A stretch of 64,000 nt of DNA from Eledone cirrhosa. Taxonomy: Eukaryota. The stretch's first letter is position 1, and the number at the start of each line of letters is the position of its first letter. The translations under genes and the position numbers were made by a program. The notes beneath the pieces were generated by a model. The model ran no database searches, was not told the DNA's origin, and saw only the letters and a list, made by a program, of their open reading frames with translations. The stretch lies in NCBI GenBank assembly GCA_964016885.1, contig OZ024747.1, forward strand, positions 13,144,001 through 13,208,000, given 5' to 3'. Positions 48,273-63,599 of the stretch are shown here, one piece after another.

Positions 48273-49173
48273 ATATATATATATATATTCAGATGTGCTC
48301 AAATATAAACATGAAAATATATTTCACAACCTTGATTTGTTATAAAAATCTGTGTGTGTGTTTATATGTGTAGATACTACCAAATATCCATGTTATGTAT
48401 GTTATTTATAACAATGTTTTATTTGACATATATACTAAATACAAACACACTTATGCATATATTCATTTGCACAAATTTAGGTCTATCATTTAACCTTCAT
48501 TTTCCTTTCTAGTAAGGGTTTGACAGAGGCATTCAAACATGGAACACACATACATACTCACATATATAGTGATAATAGAAATAAATATATTGTTATACTT
48601 TGGGAGTGCCATGCTGCCAATAAATATGTTTTAACACATGTTTTCAGATAAGAATTCTTGCAAATCAAATACAAAGACAAAATATACTGACAATAACCTT
48701 TTCCTGCAAACCATCTATTTATTTATCTATATATGAATATGTGGAGGCATGGCTGTTCAGTTAAGAAGTTTACTTTGCAACCATGTGGCTTCAGGTTAAA
48801 TCCCACTGTGTGACACCTTCGGTAAGAGTCTTCAGCTATAGACTCGGACAGACCTATATATATCCAGGAAAAACTTGAATCGTTAAGATCCTATTCCTGG
48901 ATATGTCAATATTTATAAAACAAACTTTGTATTTTATCTGATGAGAGCATACCAAAGTTTTGGTACCCTTGAAATATATATAATAGAATAAATACGGTTT
49001 TATAAATATAGTTTCCATTTATTGATATCATTGATTTATATATATTCATATGTACATGATATATATCATCATCATCACTGTTTGACGTCCATTTTCCCAA
49101 GCTAGCATGGGTTAGACAAGTTGTCCCATTGTGAGACAGCCAGGTCGGAGGACTATATATATATATATATAAA

Positions 49174-49340
49174 TAGTGGCTTTGAAGTTTCAGTTTAGTC
49201 ACTTCAACTGGCTGCCAGATTAAGTAACAAAGCTGAAACTTCGAAGTCACTGTCACTTTTCTACTTAGGAAATAATCTTCTACACTCTACTCACCAGTAT
49301 TGAGTGCTCATTCAGTTAATGTTTCAATGTTTTAAATATT
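49174..49340 (+). mobile_element. Decayed hairpin element with hammerhead 3' half and tail motif
   Basis: GAAA-CTTCGAAG-TC (palindromic stem III, GUC). Tail ACTCTACTCACCAGTATTGAGTGCT at 49284-49308. Confidence 0.6.
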
Positions 49341-49659
49341 ATGGTATTATGAACATCACATATATATATATAATATATGCATGTGTATATCATCCAATAT
49401 ATATTTAATATATGCATGTATGTTTGTTTCCACATGCATACCATTTGGTGATACCATTTGGGCAGCTATAGAGGGTTTTTTAAAAAGTTATTGTCTGCAT
49501 CTCAATCATTCTACATGTAAAGTGTAAAGTATCTAGGACTTGGTATCAGAAAGAGCACCTGCTTAAAAAAACGTCTCTTCTAATTTATGTTAGCATGGAA
49601 AGGCAGTTGAAGAAACAATGGCGATGATGATGATAATATCAAAGACCTGACTATGCTTC

Positions 49660-49850
49660 CGACTGGCAGTATCGGTAGAGGGTCGGATGCCATGCTTTGA
49701 AGCAAAGAGTTACGACCCTTTATGATCCGAGTTCAAATCCTGCCGAGGTTAACTTTGCCTTTCATCCTTACGGGGTCGATAAAATAAAGTACCAGTAATA
49801 CACTGGTATAATTGCTGGCCTTGTGCCAAAAGTAGAAACAATTATTATTA
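49660..49850 (+). mobile_element. tRNA-derived SINE copy (older minus-strand copy at about 49925-50115)
   Basis: Matches the 12054 family. Confidence 0.85.
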
Positions 49851-50877
49851 AGTAGTTTTTAGATTTCCTCTTATAACATTTCTAGGTCTATTAGTGATCT
49901 TTTATCTTCATTTTATTGTAAGCAATATTGGTTTCTAATTTAGGCATAAGGCCAGCAACTTTGAGGGAAGAATAAAGTTAATTAAATCTACCCCAGTATT
50001 TAACTAGTACTTTATTTATCCAGGAGGATGAAAGGCAGAGTTGAGTTTGGCAAGATTTTAACTCAGAATGTAAAGAACCAGAACAAATACCCACTAATTT
50101 TACTAATCCACTAGCCCTTATTTTAATCAAAATTCACTTGAATGAAAACTTATCTGTTTCTAGTTCCTTATTATTAAATATGAAGTATTTTTAAAACATT
50201 GTTGGGTTTCTTTCAGAAAATAATTTAACTATAGCATCTAATATACTTTGTTATTAGGGTAAATTGCTAGGGTATGTTGTCTGTAGGCTAAATTCTACAG
50301 TGTAAATTGCTGGAATATGTTGACTGAATACTAGATTTTACATTCTGTCTGTGGGCAAAATTTGCTATTAATATTAGCTTTCTTGGTTAATCTTTTAGTA
50401 TGCAGAATCTATGTCTTCAATAATGGGCTATTTTTTTCTACATTTGTTTTGTGTCAAAGCACTGTTAAGTCAGTGGATATCTATCAAAATATTGGTTGGT
50501 GTCAATAAGAGCATCTGACCATAGAAATTTACCCTGAATAAATAAGCATAAAGCAGAATGTAACACAATAGAATGGCTCCTTGTAAGAAAAGAAAATAAA
50601 TAAATTGGATTATCCAGCAGATTCAGTGAGTATTCCAGTGCTTTAATAGGTATAACTACATATTTACTATGGCTGAGTAATTCAAAGAGAGGTAAACTCT
50701 TAATGATACATAATACATGGATGTATAGTTTCCATCTACCCAATTTCACTCATATGTCTTTGGTTCCCCATGGTTATAGTAGAAGACACTTGGCAATAGA
50801 TGGGCTTCCAAGCAGCTTCCAAACAAATTCCATCTATCCAATTTCACAGTAGCATGGGTTTATATATATATATATAT

Positions 50878-50914
<37 letters not shown>

Positions 50915-51113
50915 TATATACATATATATATACATATATATATACATATATATATACATATATATATACATATATATACACATATATATACACATATATA
51001 TATACATATATATATATACATATATATATATACATATATATATATATACATATATATATATACATATATATATATACATATATATACATATATATATACA
51101 TATATATATATAC

Positions 51114-51172
<59 letters not shown>

Positions 51173-51207
51173 CATATATACATATATATATATACATATA
51201 TATCTAC

Positions 51208-51248
<41 letters not shown>

Positions 51249-51260
51249 CATATATGTATA

Positions 51261-51340
<80 letters not shown>

Positions 51341-51341
51341 C

Positions 51342-51389
<48 letters not shown>

Positions 51390-51436
51390 ATATACATACT
51401 TATATATACATACTTATACATACTTATATATACATA

Positions 51437-51512
<76 letters not shown>

Positions 51513-51528
51513 CATATATATACATACT

Positions 51529-51612
<84 letters not shown>

Positions 51613-51835
51613 CATATATATACATACATATATATATATATACATATACATATATATATATACATACATGCATATATATATACATATATATATACATATA
51701 CATGCATATATATATACATATATATATACATATATATACATATACATGCATATATATATACATATATATATATACATATATATACATATATATACATATA
51801 CATATACATATATATACATATATATATACATATAC

Positions 51836-51894
<59 letters not shown>

Positions 51895-52069
51895 CATACA
51901 TGCATATATATATACATATATATATATATACATATATATACATATACATATATATACATATACATATACATATATATACATATACATATATATACATATA
52001 CATATATATATACATATACATATATATACATATACATATATATATATATACATATACATATATATATGC

Positions 52070-52107
<38 letters not shown>

Positions 52108-52113
52108 TATATA

Positions 52114-53146
52114 TGCTGGCTGCCAACTCGTTTTCGAGCACGGCCACTATTTTATATCCATGTAGGAGAACCCCTACCGATGCGCTGAACGAGTGTGAAT
52201 TTTAGTCCAGCCAGTGACTTGAAAACTCTGGTACAAACACTACACTTGTGACAATTATTGACACATAGTGCCGGGCCCATGGTACCATGTGACGACAAGT
52301 GCAGAGAGATCTCCAGATATAAAGCAATGCCTGCGCCGTGAAGCTTTTATAGTGAGCAAAGGCACTGCACAAAGCCATACATATATATATATATATACAT
52401 ATATATATACACAGATATATATATATACATACATATATATATATATACATATGTATATACATACATATATATATATACATATGTATATACATATATATAT
52501 ATACATATATATATATACATGGTGGCTGCCAACTCGTTTTCGAGTACGGCCACTACTTTATATCCATGTAGGAGAACCCCTACCGATGCGCTGAATAAGT
52601 GTGACTTTTTAGTCCAGCCAGCGACTTGAAAACTCTGGTACAAACACTACACTTGTGACAATTATTGACACATAGTGCTGGGCCCATGGTACCATGTGAC
52701 GACAAGTGCAGAGAGATCTTCAGATATAAAGCAATGCCTGTGCTGTGAAGCTTTTATAGTGCGCAAAGGCACTGCACAAAGCCAGTCCCACTCTCTTAAC
52801 CAAGATGATATTTACCAAAAAGAAGAACAAGTCAACATCATTGGAAACCATCAGGGTTGCAGGTGTTATATCAGAGTTTTCCTTCTCCTAGAATTCTGCC
52901 TTGACAAAGGCTAAGGGGTCATCTCTCCTGGTGATTTTGGATGGCCATTGACTCTTAAGAGCTCCTTTGCCCTTTGACAGGTTTTGTTTTTAGTCCTGCA
53001 GGATGTCCAAAGTCACCCTCCTCACCAAGAAACCTTGGTGGGGTTGCCAGTTTAGTCGCCAACAACCCGACCATGGGACAGGTTGTACTGGGATACATGT
53101 TACCAGTAGCACCAACTGGTGACCTGACATATATATACATACATAT

Positions 53147-53202
<56 letters not shown>

Positions 53203-53732
53203 GTATATACATACATATGTATATACATACATATATATATATATACATATGTATATACATACATATATATATATACATATGTATATACATACATATATAT
53301 ACATATGTATATACATACATATATATATATACATATATATATGGTGGCTGCCAACTCGTTTTCGAGTACGGCCACTACTATATATCCATGTAGGAGAACC
53401 ACTACCGATGCGCTGAACGAATGTGACTTTTTAGTCCAGCCAGCGACTTGAAAACTCTGGTACAAACACTACACTTGTGACAATTATTGACACATAGTGC
53501 TGGGCCCATGGTACCATGTGATAACAAGTGCAGAGAGATATCCAGATATAAAGCAATGCCTGTGCTGTGAAGCTTTTATAGTGAGCAAAGGCACTGCACA
53601 AAGCAGTCCCACTCTCTTAACCAAGATGATATTTACCAAAAAGAAGAACAAGTCAACATCATTGGATACCATCAGGGTTGCAGGTGTTATATCAGAGTTT
53701 TCCTTCTCCTAGAATTCTGCCTTGACAAAGGC
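52114..53732 (-). repeat. Three direct copies of a non-coding element (about 52114-52377, 52520-53128, 53343-53732) separated by TA-derived spacers
   Basis: GGCTGCCAACTCGTTTTCGAG...GGCACTGCACAAAGC repeated three times with a shared left end. The minus-strand CTAGGAGAAGGAAAACTCTGA resembles RTE-type 5' UTRs (recollection, unverified). Confidence 0.8.
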
Positions 53733-53816
53733 ATATGTATGTATATATATATATACATATATATATATACATATGTATATACATACATATATACATACAT
53801 ATATATATATATATAC

Positions 53817-53903
<87 letters not shown>

Positions 53904-53910
53904 CATATAT

Positions 53911-53962
<52 letters not shown>

Positions 53963-53963
53963 C

Positions 53964-54267
<304 letters not shown>

Positions 54268-54270
54268 CAC

Positions 54271-54471
<201 letters not shown>

Positions 54472-54485
54472 TTATATATATATAC

Positions 54486-54546
<61 letters not shown>

Positions 54547-54563
54547 CATATATAGTATATATA

Positions 54564-54790
<227 letters not shown>

Positions 54791-55110
54791 GTAGGAGGTG
54801 AGTTTTATTGTAGTACAATAAAGCAATGCAGATATCGGATAAGAAGCACTCTACAGTTTGTAGGACTGGAGTATACATAATATATAAGAACAAAAGATGG
54901 TTAAAAGAGTTCCATGTATTTTATTATAAACATATCATATGATATGTTGATTTAAAACTGCACTATCCACAAGTGTTTTTTAACCTTCATATCATGTCTT
55001 CCTTTTTTCATCTGATGAAAACACAAATATTATTGCATGATGATATTGTTTTTGAAATGCGCATAATAAAATACATGGAACTCTTTTAACCATCTTTTGT
55101 TCTTATATTT
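54791..55110. mobile_element. Second copy of the 43019 hairpin/hammerhead element
   Basis: Near-identical sequence; hammerhead on + at 55006-55071; longer left arm. Confidence 0.75.
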
Positions 55111-55143
55111 TATATATATATATATACACATATATATATATAT

Positions 55144-55188
<45 letters not shown>

Positions 55189-55205
55189 CACATATATATA
55201 TATAT

Positions 55206-55337
<132 letters not shown>

Positions 55338-55460
55338 AATATATATATATATATATATACACATATATATATATATATATACACATATATATATATATAT
55401 ACACATATATATATATATATACACATATATATTTATATATATACACATATATATATATAT

Positions 55461-55531
<71 letters not shown>

Positions 55532-55532
55532 C

Positions 55533-55685
<153 letters not shown>

Positions 55686-55686
55686 C

Positions 55687-55733
<47 letters not shown>

Positions 55734-55748
55734 CATATATATATATAC

Positions 55749-55795
<47 letters not shown>

Positions 55796-55818
55796 CATAC
55801 ATATATATATATACATAC

Positions 55819-55883
<65 letters not shown>

Positions 55884-55889
55884 CATACA

Positions 55890-55923
<34 letters not shown>

Positions 55924-55964
55924 CATACATATATATATATACATACATATATATATATACATAC

Positions 55965-55997
<33 letters not shown>

Positions 55998-56006
55998 CAT
56001 ACATAT

Positions 56007-56091
<85 letters not shown>

Positions 56092-56096
56092 CATAC

Positions 56097-56150
<54 letters not shown>

Positions 56151-56179
56151 TATACATATACATATATATATATACATAT

Positions 56180-56495
56180 GAATGAAATAACAGGAGGCTG
56201 CACTGCTGTAAATCCTTGAAAGGTTTATTATACTATGATCATTTCAATGACCGGGTTCCATATGAATCCGGTGACATCATCAGGTATTAGAATATATCAC
56301 CGGATTCATATGGAACCCTGTCATTGAAATGATCATAGTGTAATAAACCTTTATAATTAACTCTGTATTCGCACCACCACTACACAAACGAAGATGGCTG
56401 AACTGCACTGCGTTGAGTACTCTTCACAATATTACACCAGGATTGACCAAACGGAATGACCAGTTCTATCCAGTGGTGAACCAACAAACCTTAAG
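56180..56495. mobile_element. Hairpin element with hammerhead on the minus arm and tail on +
   Basis: Arms about 56219-56275 and 56296-56352; tail ACTCTG...CGTTGAGTACT; (TA)n on both sides. Confidence 0.7.
56230..56287 (-). ncRNA. Type I hammerhead ribozyme motif
   Basis: Minus strand reads ATAC-CTGATGA-tgtcACCGG...CCGGTcatt-GAAA-TGATCA-TA-GTAT; stem III palindrome ATGATCAT. Confidence 0.75.
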
Positions 56496-56567
<72 letters not shown>

Positions 56568-57037
56568 GTATATATATACATATATCTCTCTGTTTCTCCT
56601 ACTCTCTTTCGCCCCCTCTGTCATGTCAGTTAACTCTTCCTCACACTTCCACTCACTCACTCACTGTTTCTCCTCTTCTCATTTCACCCCGTTTGCGACG
56701 AAATCATTTTCTCTCTTTCTCACATTTGAATTCGCTCCTGAAAGGTCTTTTTTCTAAGCGCTCATATATTCACCTAGCTTATGCTAACAGAATAACTATG
56801 AAGCTTGTTCCCTTCCTTCTATGGTTAGCTATCCTCTTTGTTGTTATCTTGTTTCACTCGCTTTACGCGTTTTAATTGTCCTAATAACTTAATTTAGTTA
56901 TTATTGCACCGACGTGAGGTATATGATTTTTAATGCAATGAAATATCTATGATCGTCGGCAAATCACTGATGAGGGACTTATTTTATTACATGTTATCCA
57001 TGTGCAACCAGCAGTATTCTTCTCCCCATTTTTTCAC

Positions 57038-57072
<35 letters not shown>

Positions 57073-57080
57073 CATACATA

Positions 57081-57202
<122 letters not shown>

Positions 57203-57219
57203 CATACATATATATATAC

Positions 57220-57273
<54 letters not shown>

Positions 57274-57451
57274 GTATATGTATATATATATATGTATATA
57301 TATACATATATACATATATATATATATATATGTACACATATATATATATATACATATATATATACATATATATATATATACATATACATACATATATATA
57401 TATATACATATACATACATATATATATATATATACATACATATATATATAC

Positions 57452-57495
<44 letters not shown>

Positions 57496-57531
57496 GTATA
57501 TATATATATGTATATATATACATATATACAC

Positions 57532-57562
<31 letters not shown>

Positions 57563-57602
57563 CATATACATTATATATATACATATATATACATATACAT
57601 AC

Positions 57603-57633
<31 letters not shown>

Positions 57634-57671
57634 CATATACATAATATATATATATATATACATATACATAC

Positions 57672-57703
<32 letters not shown>

Positions 57704-57712
57704 ACATATACA

Positions 57713-57744
<32 letters not shown>

Positions 57745-57769
57745 CTTATACATACATACTTATACATAC

Positions 57770-57800
<31 letters not shown>

Positions 57801-57807
57801 CATATAC

Positions 57808-57838
<31 letters not shown>

Positions 57839-57935
57839 CATATACATATATATATATATACATATATATATATACATATACATATATACATATATATACA
57901 TATATATATATATACATATACATATATATATATAC

Positions 57936-57978
<43 letters not shown>

Positions 57979-58124
57979 TACATATATATATATATACATA
58001 TATATACATATATATATATATACCATATATATACATATATATATATACATATATATACATATATATATATATATACATATATATACATATATATATACAT
58101 ATATATATATACATATATATATAC

Positions 58125-58171
<47 letters not shown>

Positions 58172-58220
58172 CTTATATATATATATACTTATATATATAT
58201 ATACTTATATATATATATAC

Positions 58221-58287
<67 letters not shown>

Positions 58288-58302
58288 CATATATATATAT
58301 AC

Positions 58303-58333
<31 letters not shown>

Positions 58334-58860
58334 CATACATATATATATATATAAAGAATTAGTATATCTACCAACATATATATACAGATGCATACCTATG
58401 CTAGCAAATATATAGGTTTTATCTTAGTAACTTTGTGGTTCAATGCAAGGGGATGCAGAACAATTATATGAAAGAAGTAAAATAAGAAAATCATAAAAAT
58501 TAACTTACTAAAATTTCACTCCAACTAATTAGTTTCTGGAAGGGAATAAACATGGTTTCCGATGGAGCGCATGGAGAAAGCCTTTCGTCATCAGGAAGTC
58601 TATTCTTAGCTAAGTTCCCAGGCTATGCGTGGACACAGGGAACTTATACAAAAATAATTCAGTGGATGGAAGCGTGGACTAAATTCCAAGACATTGAAAA
58701 AATCACTGCCTAATTGGTCGGTGGCAAATTCAAAAGAATCAATCACGTTAAATCGAGGTTAATCAGTGAGGAGTGGGGTGTTAAGAAGATAGTAGGCGAC
58801 CGGCAAAGGTAGAAGTTGGTGGATTTTTAGCCCCATGGATTTTATCTATTACATTCACGA

Positions 58861-58918
58861 ATACCTGATGATATCACCGGATTCATACAGAACCCGGTTA
58901 TTGAAATGATCCTAGTAT
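58861..58918 (+). ncRNA. Type I hammerhead motif, same family as 56230, one stem III mutation
   Basis: ATAC-CTGATGA-tatcACCGG...CCGGTtatt-GAAA-TGATCC-TA-GTAT. Confidence 0.65.
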
Positions 58919-58968
58919 AATAAACCTTTCAAGCATTTACACAAATCCAGCCTCCTGTCATTTCATTA

Positions 58969-59008
<40 letters not shown>

Positions 59009-59012
<4 letters not shown>

Positions 59013-59417
59013 GGCTAAAATTGAGCCTGGTTACTCTGGAGTGAGGCTGATGACCCTGTGATAAACAGGCGAAACTCGAGAGTAACAAGACTCACTTTTT
59101 AGCCTTAAGAAAATGAATATTAAAACTATATAGAGTTATATATATAAACTTTGGGAGCCCCTACATGGACACACTAGAAGAGGAAGACCAAGGTTAACAT
59201 ATGTTGATGCCCTAAGGACAGACACTGGTCTGTTGGAGATGCAGGATATGGCAGCGATAATGAGGGACAGAGACCGCTGGAGAGAACTCGTCCATGGATC
59301 TCGGGAATTTTACCCGCCTTAGATAGATAGATATATAAAACTCTATATATAAAACTCTATATATAAAACTCTAAACTCTACTTCGGTATTGAGTACTTCT
59401 TTCTCTCAGCCATCAAC

Positions 59418-59420
<3 letters not shown>
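59009..59420 (+). mobile_element. Hairpin element with hammerhead core and UUCG tail hairpin, interrupted by an RTE insertion
   Basis: Arms TTAAGGCTAAAA...GAGT / ACTC...TTTTAGCCTTAA; CTGATGA-C-CCTGT-gataa-ACAGG-C-GAAA-CTCGAGAG-TA at 59047-59084; stem I is missing. Confidence 0.7.
59151..59330 (+). mobile_element. 5'-truncated RTE LINE with (TAGA)n tail and approximate TSD
   Basis: WEPLHGHTRRGRPRLTYVDALRTDTG...MRDRDRWRELV; ATATATAAA(A)CT on both sides; absent from the inverted partner arm. Confidence 0.85.
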
Positions 59421-59464
<44 letters not shown>

Positions 59465-59623
59465 AAGATGAATATAAAATGAAAATGGTTTTATAAAGGA
59501 ATTTATTATATATATATATATATATATTTATTCAAATAACAGATTAAAGTTTAAGCAAAGAATCACTGCTTTCACCTTTTACGGGATCTTCTGAAACTTA
59601 TCGAGCCCTCTTTGGATTTTAGT

Positions 59624-59657
<34 letters not shown>

Positions 59658-59691
59658 AATTCCTTTATAAAAGCACTTTCATTTTATATTC

Positions 59692-59781
<90 letters not shown>

Positions 59782-59921
59782 ACCATATGTGGTTGATGGC
59801 TGAGAGAAAGTAGTACTCAATACCGAAGTAGAGTTTAGAGTTTTATATATATATAGAGTTTATATATATAACTCTATATAGTTTTAATATTCATTTTCTT
59901 AAGGCTAAAAAGTGAGTCTTG

Positions 59922-60000
<79 letters not shown>

Positions 60001-60189
60001 CGCAGAGGCTTGGCTATGTGGTTTAAAAGTTTGCTTTTCAACCACAAGGTTTTGATTTTGATCTTCTTGCATGAATGTCTTCTACTATATCTTCAGGCTT
60101 ATCTATACTTTGTAAGGGATAGTTGTTAGATGGAAACCCTGTAGAAGCTAGAAGTACACACACATACACATATATTTGTATGTGTGTAT

Positions 60190-60221
<32 letters not shown>

Positions 60222-60446
60222 GAGTGTGAGTGTTTATCTCTGGCTATGTCTTCATATGATACTGCTTAAATGGAACTGGTGTCATTTGCATGTCCTGCAT
60301 AAATAGTGCATACAGCAATTCTGCAGTTTGATTGGTGAAGTTCAGTGAAATATATACCTTAATTTATAAAAAGAAATGGTTGGCATCATGAAGGGTATAT
60401 GGCCAGTTATAGAATATTGCCTCAAATGGTCTCCTCCAACAGATAC

Positions 60447-60949
60447 CATCATCATCATCATCATCACCGTTTTACGTCCGTTCTTCCACGCTAGCATGGG
60501 TTAGGCGGGTTGTCCTGTTGTGGGCAGTGTCTGGTCGGCTGACCATGCCTTGCTCATACAGGAACTGATTCTGGCTTGATTTCTACAGCTGGATGCCCTT
60601 CCTAACACCAACCTCATTTACAGTGTGGGCTAGGTGCTTTTTTCGTGGCGCCTACACGTTCACTTTACAGTGTGGGCTGGGTGCTTTTTTGCCGTGGCAC
60701 CTCCACGACCACCTTGCGGTGGGGGGTGTGGGGGCATATTGTCTATATGCTTCAGCTTGTACCCATGGGAGGTCGGGTACTCTGTATTACTGCATGACGC
60801 CAGAAGTCACGGTCGTGTGTCATTGCCTTTGAGAGGTGTAATTGGGTAAGGTCGGCTTTTATCACCTCATCCCAGGTCATCTTGGGTTTCCCCACTCCGC
60901 GGTTTCCATCGACTTCTAGTGCTCTGCACCTTTTTATGCAGCATGACAA
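60447..60949 (-). mobile_element. RTE LINE 3' end with 3' UTR and (GAT)n tail
   Basis: IKRCRALEVDGNRGVGKPKMTWDEVIKADL...DRDFWR; the same UTR recurs at about 22800-22945. Confidence 0.8.
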
Positions 60950-60984
60950 ATGAAGCTTAAAAATTATATATATATATATATATA

Positions 60985-61195
60985 TAGAAGTAGTTCCACA
61001 ACAGTTAGTTCACCATACTGAGAACAATTGTTTCACCTTATTCAGATCATCAGCTCAGTCTAAATGATGATCCAAGTAAGGTGAAACAATTGTTCTCAGT
61101 AATGGTGAACTAACTGTTGTGGAACTACTTCTACCAAACTCGTCCCATGGACTGAGTGCTCTACTAATATGGATATAACCCAACAGTGTTCTATT
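60985..61195. mobile_element. Hairpin element with two divergent hammerhead copies and tail motif
   Basis: Arms about 60985-61052 and 61065-61133; tail ACTCGTCCCATGGACTGAGTGCT at 61138-61160. Confidence 0.75.
61017..61059 (-). ncRNA. Minimal type I hammerhead ribozyme motif
   Basis: Minus strand reads ACTGAG-CTGATGA-TCTGAATAAGGT-GAAA-CAATTG-TT-CTCAGT: perfect 6-bp stem I, palindromic stem III ACAATTGT, GUU site. Confidence 0.8.
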
Positions 61196-61211
61196 ATATA
61201 TATATATATAT

Positions 61212-61402
61212 AATTATTTCTACTTTTGGCACAAAGCCGGCAATTATCCCAGTGCATTACTGGTACTTTATTTTATCGACCTCGAAAGGATGAAAGGCAA
61301 AGTTAATCTTGGCGGGATTTGAACTCGGACCATAAAGGGCTGTAACTCTTTGCTGTAAAGCATGGTGTCCGACCCTTTGCCGATACTGCCAATCCACCGC
61401 CC
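61212..61402 (-). mobile_element. tRNA-derived SINE, followed by a truncated copy at about 61440-61560
   Basis: Matches the 12054 family. Confidence 0.85.
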
Positions 61403-62647
61403 ATTTATTATATATATAATGATTTCTTATATATATATATAATTGTTTCTACTTTTGGCACAAGGCCTGCAATTACCCAGTACATTACTGGTACTTTATT
61501 TTATCAACCCCGTAAGGATGAAAGGCAAAGTTAACCTCGGACGTATTTGAACTCAGATCATATATATAATAAGAGGTTAACGAGACTAGCATAAGGTTTC
61601 CCTGCTAGTACTGGTTGAATATATATATATATATACATATGTATGTGTGTGCGTGTGTAAGAGATAATGAAGGAATGCAACGATGGGGGCCACGCTGTGG
61701 TGAAAAGACCCATCCTATCTATGCAAGCATGGAAAATCCGATGTAAAATAAAGATAATAATATGTATATATATTCGTTTGATACTAAATCTTCTCATTGT
61801 TGCTGCTGTTATAAATTTCTCCTATCATATTCTTCAGGGAATTAAAGTTACCGTTAAAATGTTGAATTCCAAATGGACACACTGGTTCATGTGTTTGTAG
61901 GCTCTGATGATAGTGTATCAAAAGCATGCATTACTATATGCTTCTGCTGGTCATTCTGTCAAAGTAAATCAATCTACTGCTGGAATGAATGTTTCAAGCA
62001 GTGTCGTGTGAAGACATATTCAGAGATAAATCCCCCAACTCTCTCTCTCACACAACATACACACACACACTCTCTCTCTCACACACACACACTACACACA
62101 CTAAACACACACACACACACATGTGCTCCTACAAAGTTTCCAGGCATACAATCTGTTCAGAATGTTGTATTAAATTGCCCGAAGAATACAAGTATAGATT
62201 CTCACTAGCAGTGGAATGAAGTGTGAGCTTCGATTGAATAAATTAATAAACTTGTCTGAGGGGGTTTGCAAGAGCCATAAGCACAGCTCCTTCTTCTAGA
62301 CCAAACCAATGATAAAAAAAAAAAAATAACGAAAGTTCTCTCTTTAACTTATTCTTATTTGTTTGCTCAGACATACACATATGACAAAGTTGATGCAAAA
62401 GTTATGATGATGATGATGATGTAAAAGTAAACCATCAAAATTTCACTGTAACATCCGTTTATTACATAACGACTGTTTCAGCAACAATCCTTCTAACAAC
62501 TTTGGTATCACGCAAATATTCATTCATATACAGGGAATTGCATAGCTATCCTCCTCCTCGTCACCATCACCACCATGTTTCGATTTATAGTCAATAATGT
62601 CATCATGGACAGGAGTACTCAGCCATCAGGTATATACATATATACAT

Positions 62648-62801
62648 ATATTAGAAAGTTGACTGCAAGTTTCAGACTCAGTCTGAAAATAGCAAGAGCT
62701 CAGCCATCAGGGTACAATTCTCAAATATATTTACACTCTACTATGCCAAGTATTGAGTACTCTGCTAAATAATGGTCTTACTAGTTGAAAACTAGTAAAA
62801 T

Positions 62802-62805
<4 letters not shown>
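62648..62805 (+). mobile_element. Decayed hairpin/tail element (a further tail-only copy at 62879-62930)
   Basis: TTTCAGACTCAGTCTGAAA hairpin centre; tail ACTCTACTATGCCAAGTATTGAGTACT at 62735-62761. Confidence 0.55.
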
Positions 62806-62851
<46 letters not shown>

Positions 62852-63599
62852 GTATATGTATGTATAAGTAAATCCTATACTCTACTCATATGCATTGAGT
62901 GCTCATTCAGTTAATGTTTGAATGTCCTATGTAAACTTGCTTATAAATCACCCATTTCAGTATTTATGTATGCATGTATGTACTGGTAACTCCTGGTAGA
63001 GTCATGAGGGGGGGTTACCTGGTAGAGTCATGACTTGTGGTGTTACTTGGGTATTTTTAATCATACATATATCATGTAATATAATCAATATTTTTAGTTG
63101 CATCTTGGAACTTTAAGGGAGAACTTCTTGAGGGGTTCACTACTGATCTATATGGCTTCATATCCCAGAAACATCTATACTTAATATAACCTTAAGGCAG
63201 AATTCACATAACACAGTTTATAAGAAGGTCAGCTCTTTGAATTACAGCTACAGTAAATTGGATGGGCATCCACACAGGTACCATCTATCCAATTTTATTC
63301 ACAAGAATAGGGTCGATCCAAGGCTTGTAAGTAAAAGACAGTTGCCCAACATGTTACACAGTGGGATCAAAGTTGGATCTTTAAAATTGCTAGACAAACT
63401 TCTTTAGTTTTTGTCTATACCTGTCCTCTCACACACGCACACACACACATATATATACACACACACACGCTATTTTATGTTCATATACATAGACATTTTC
63501 AAGTACATAAGCTGCCCTACAAAACATGATGATTATAGTGATTAATTTTGTTATTTGCCACCAGGGCATCAGATGAAGGTGATAATAATAGTAATAATA

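Noticed and set aside
58575-58600. Minus-strand CTGATGA-C-GAAA as a hammerhead
   Set aside because: No stem II and no stem I complement.
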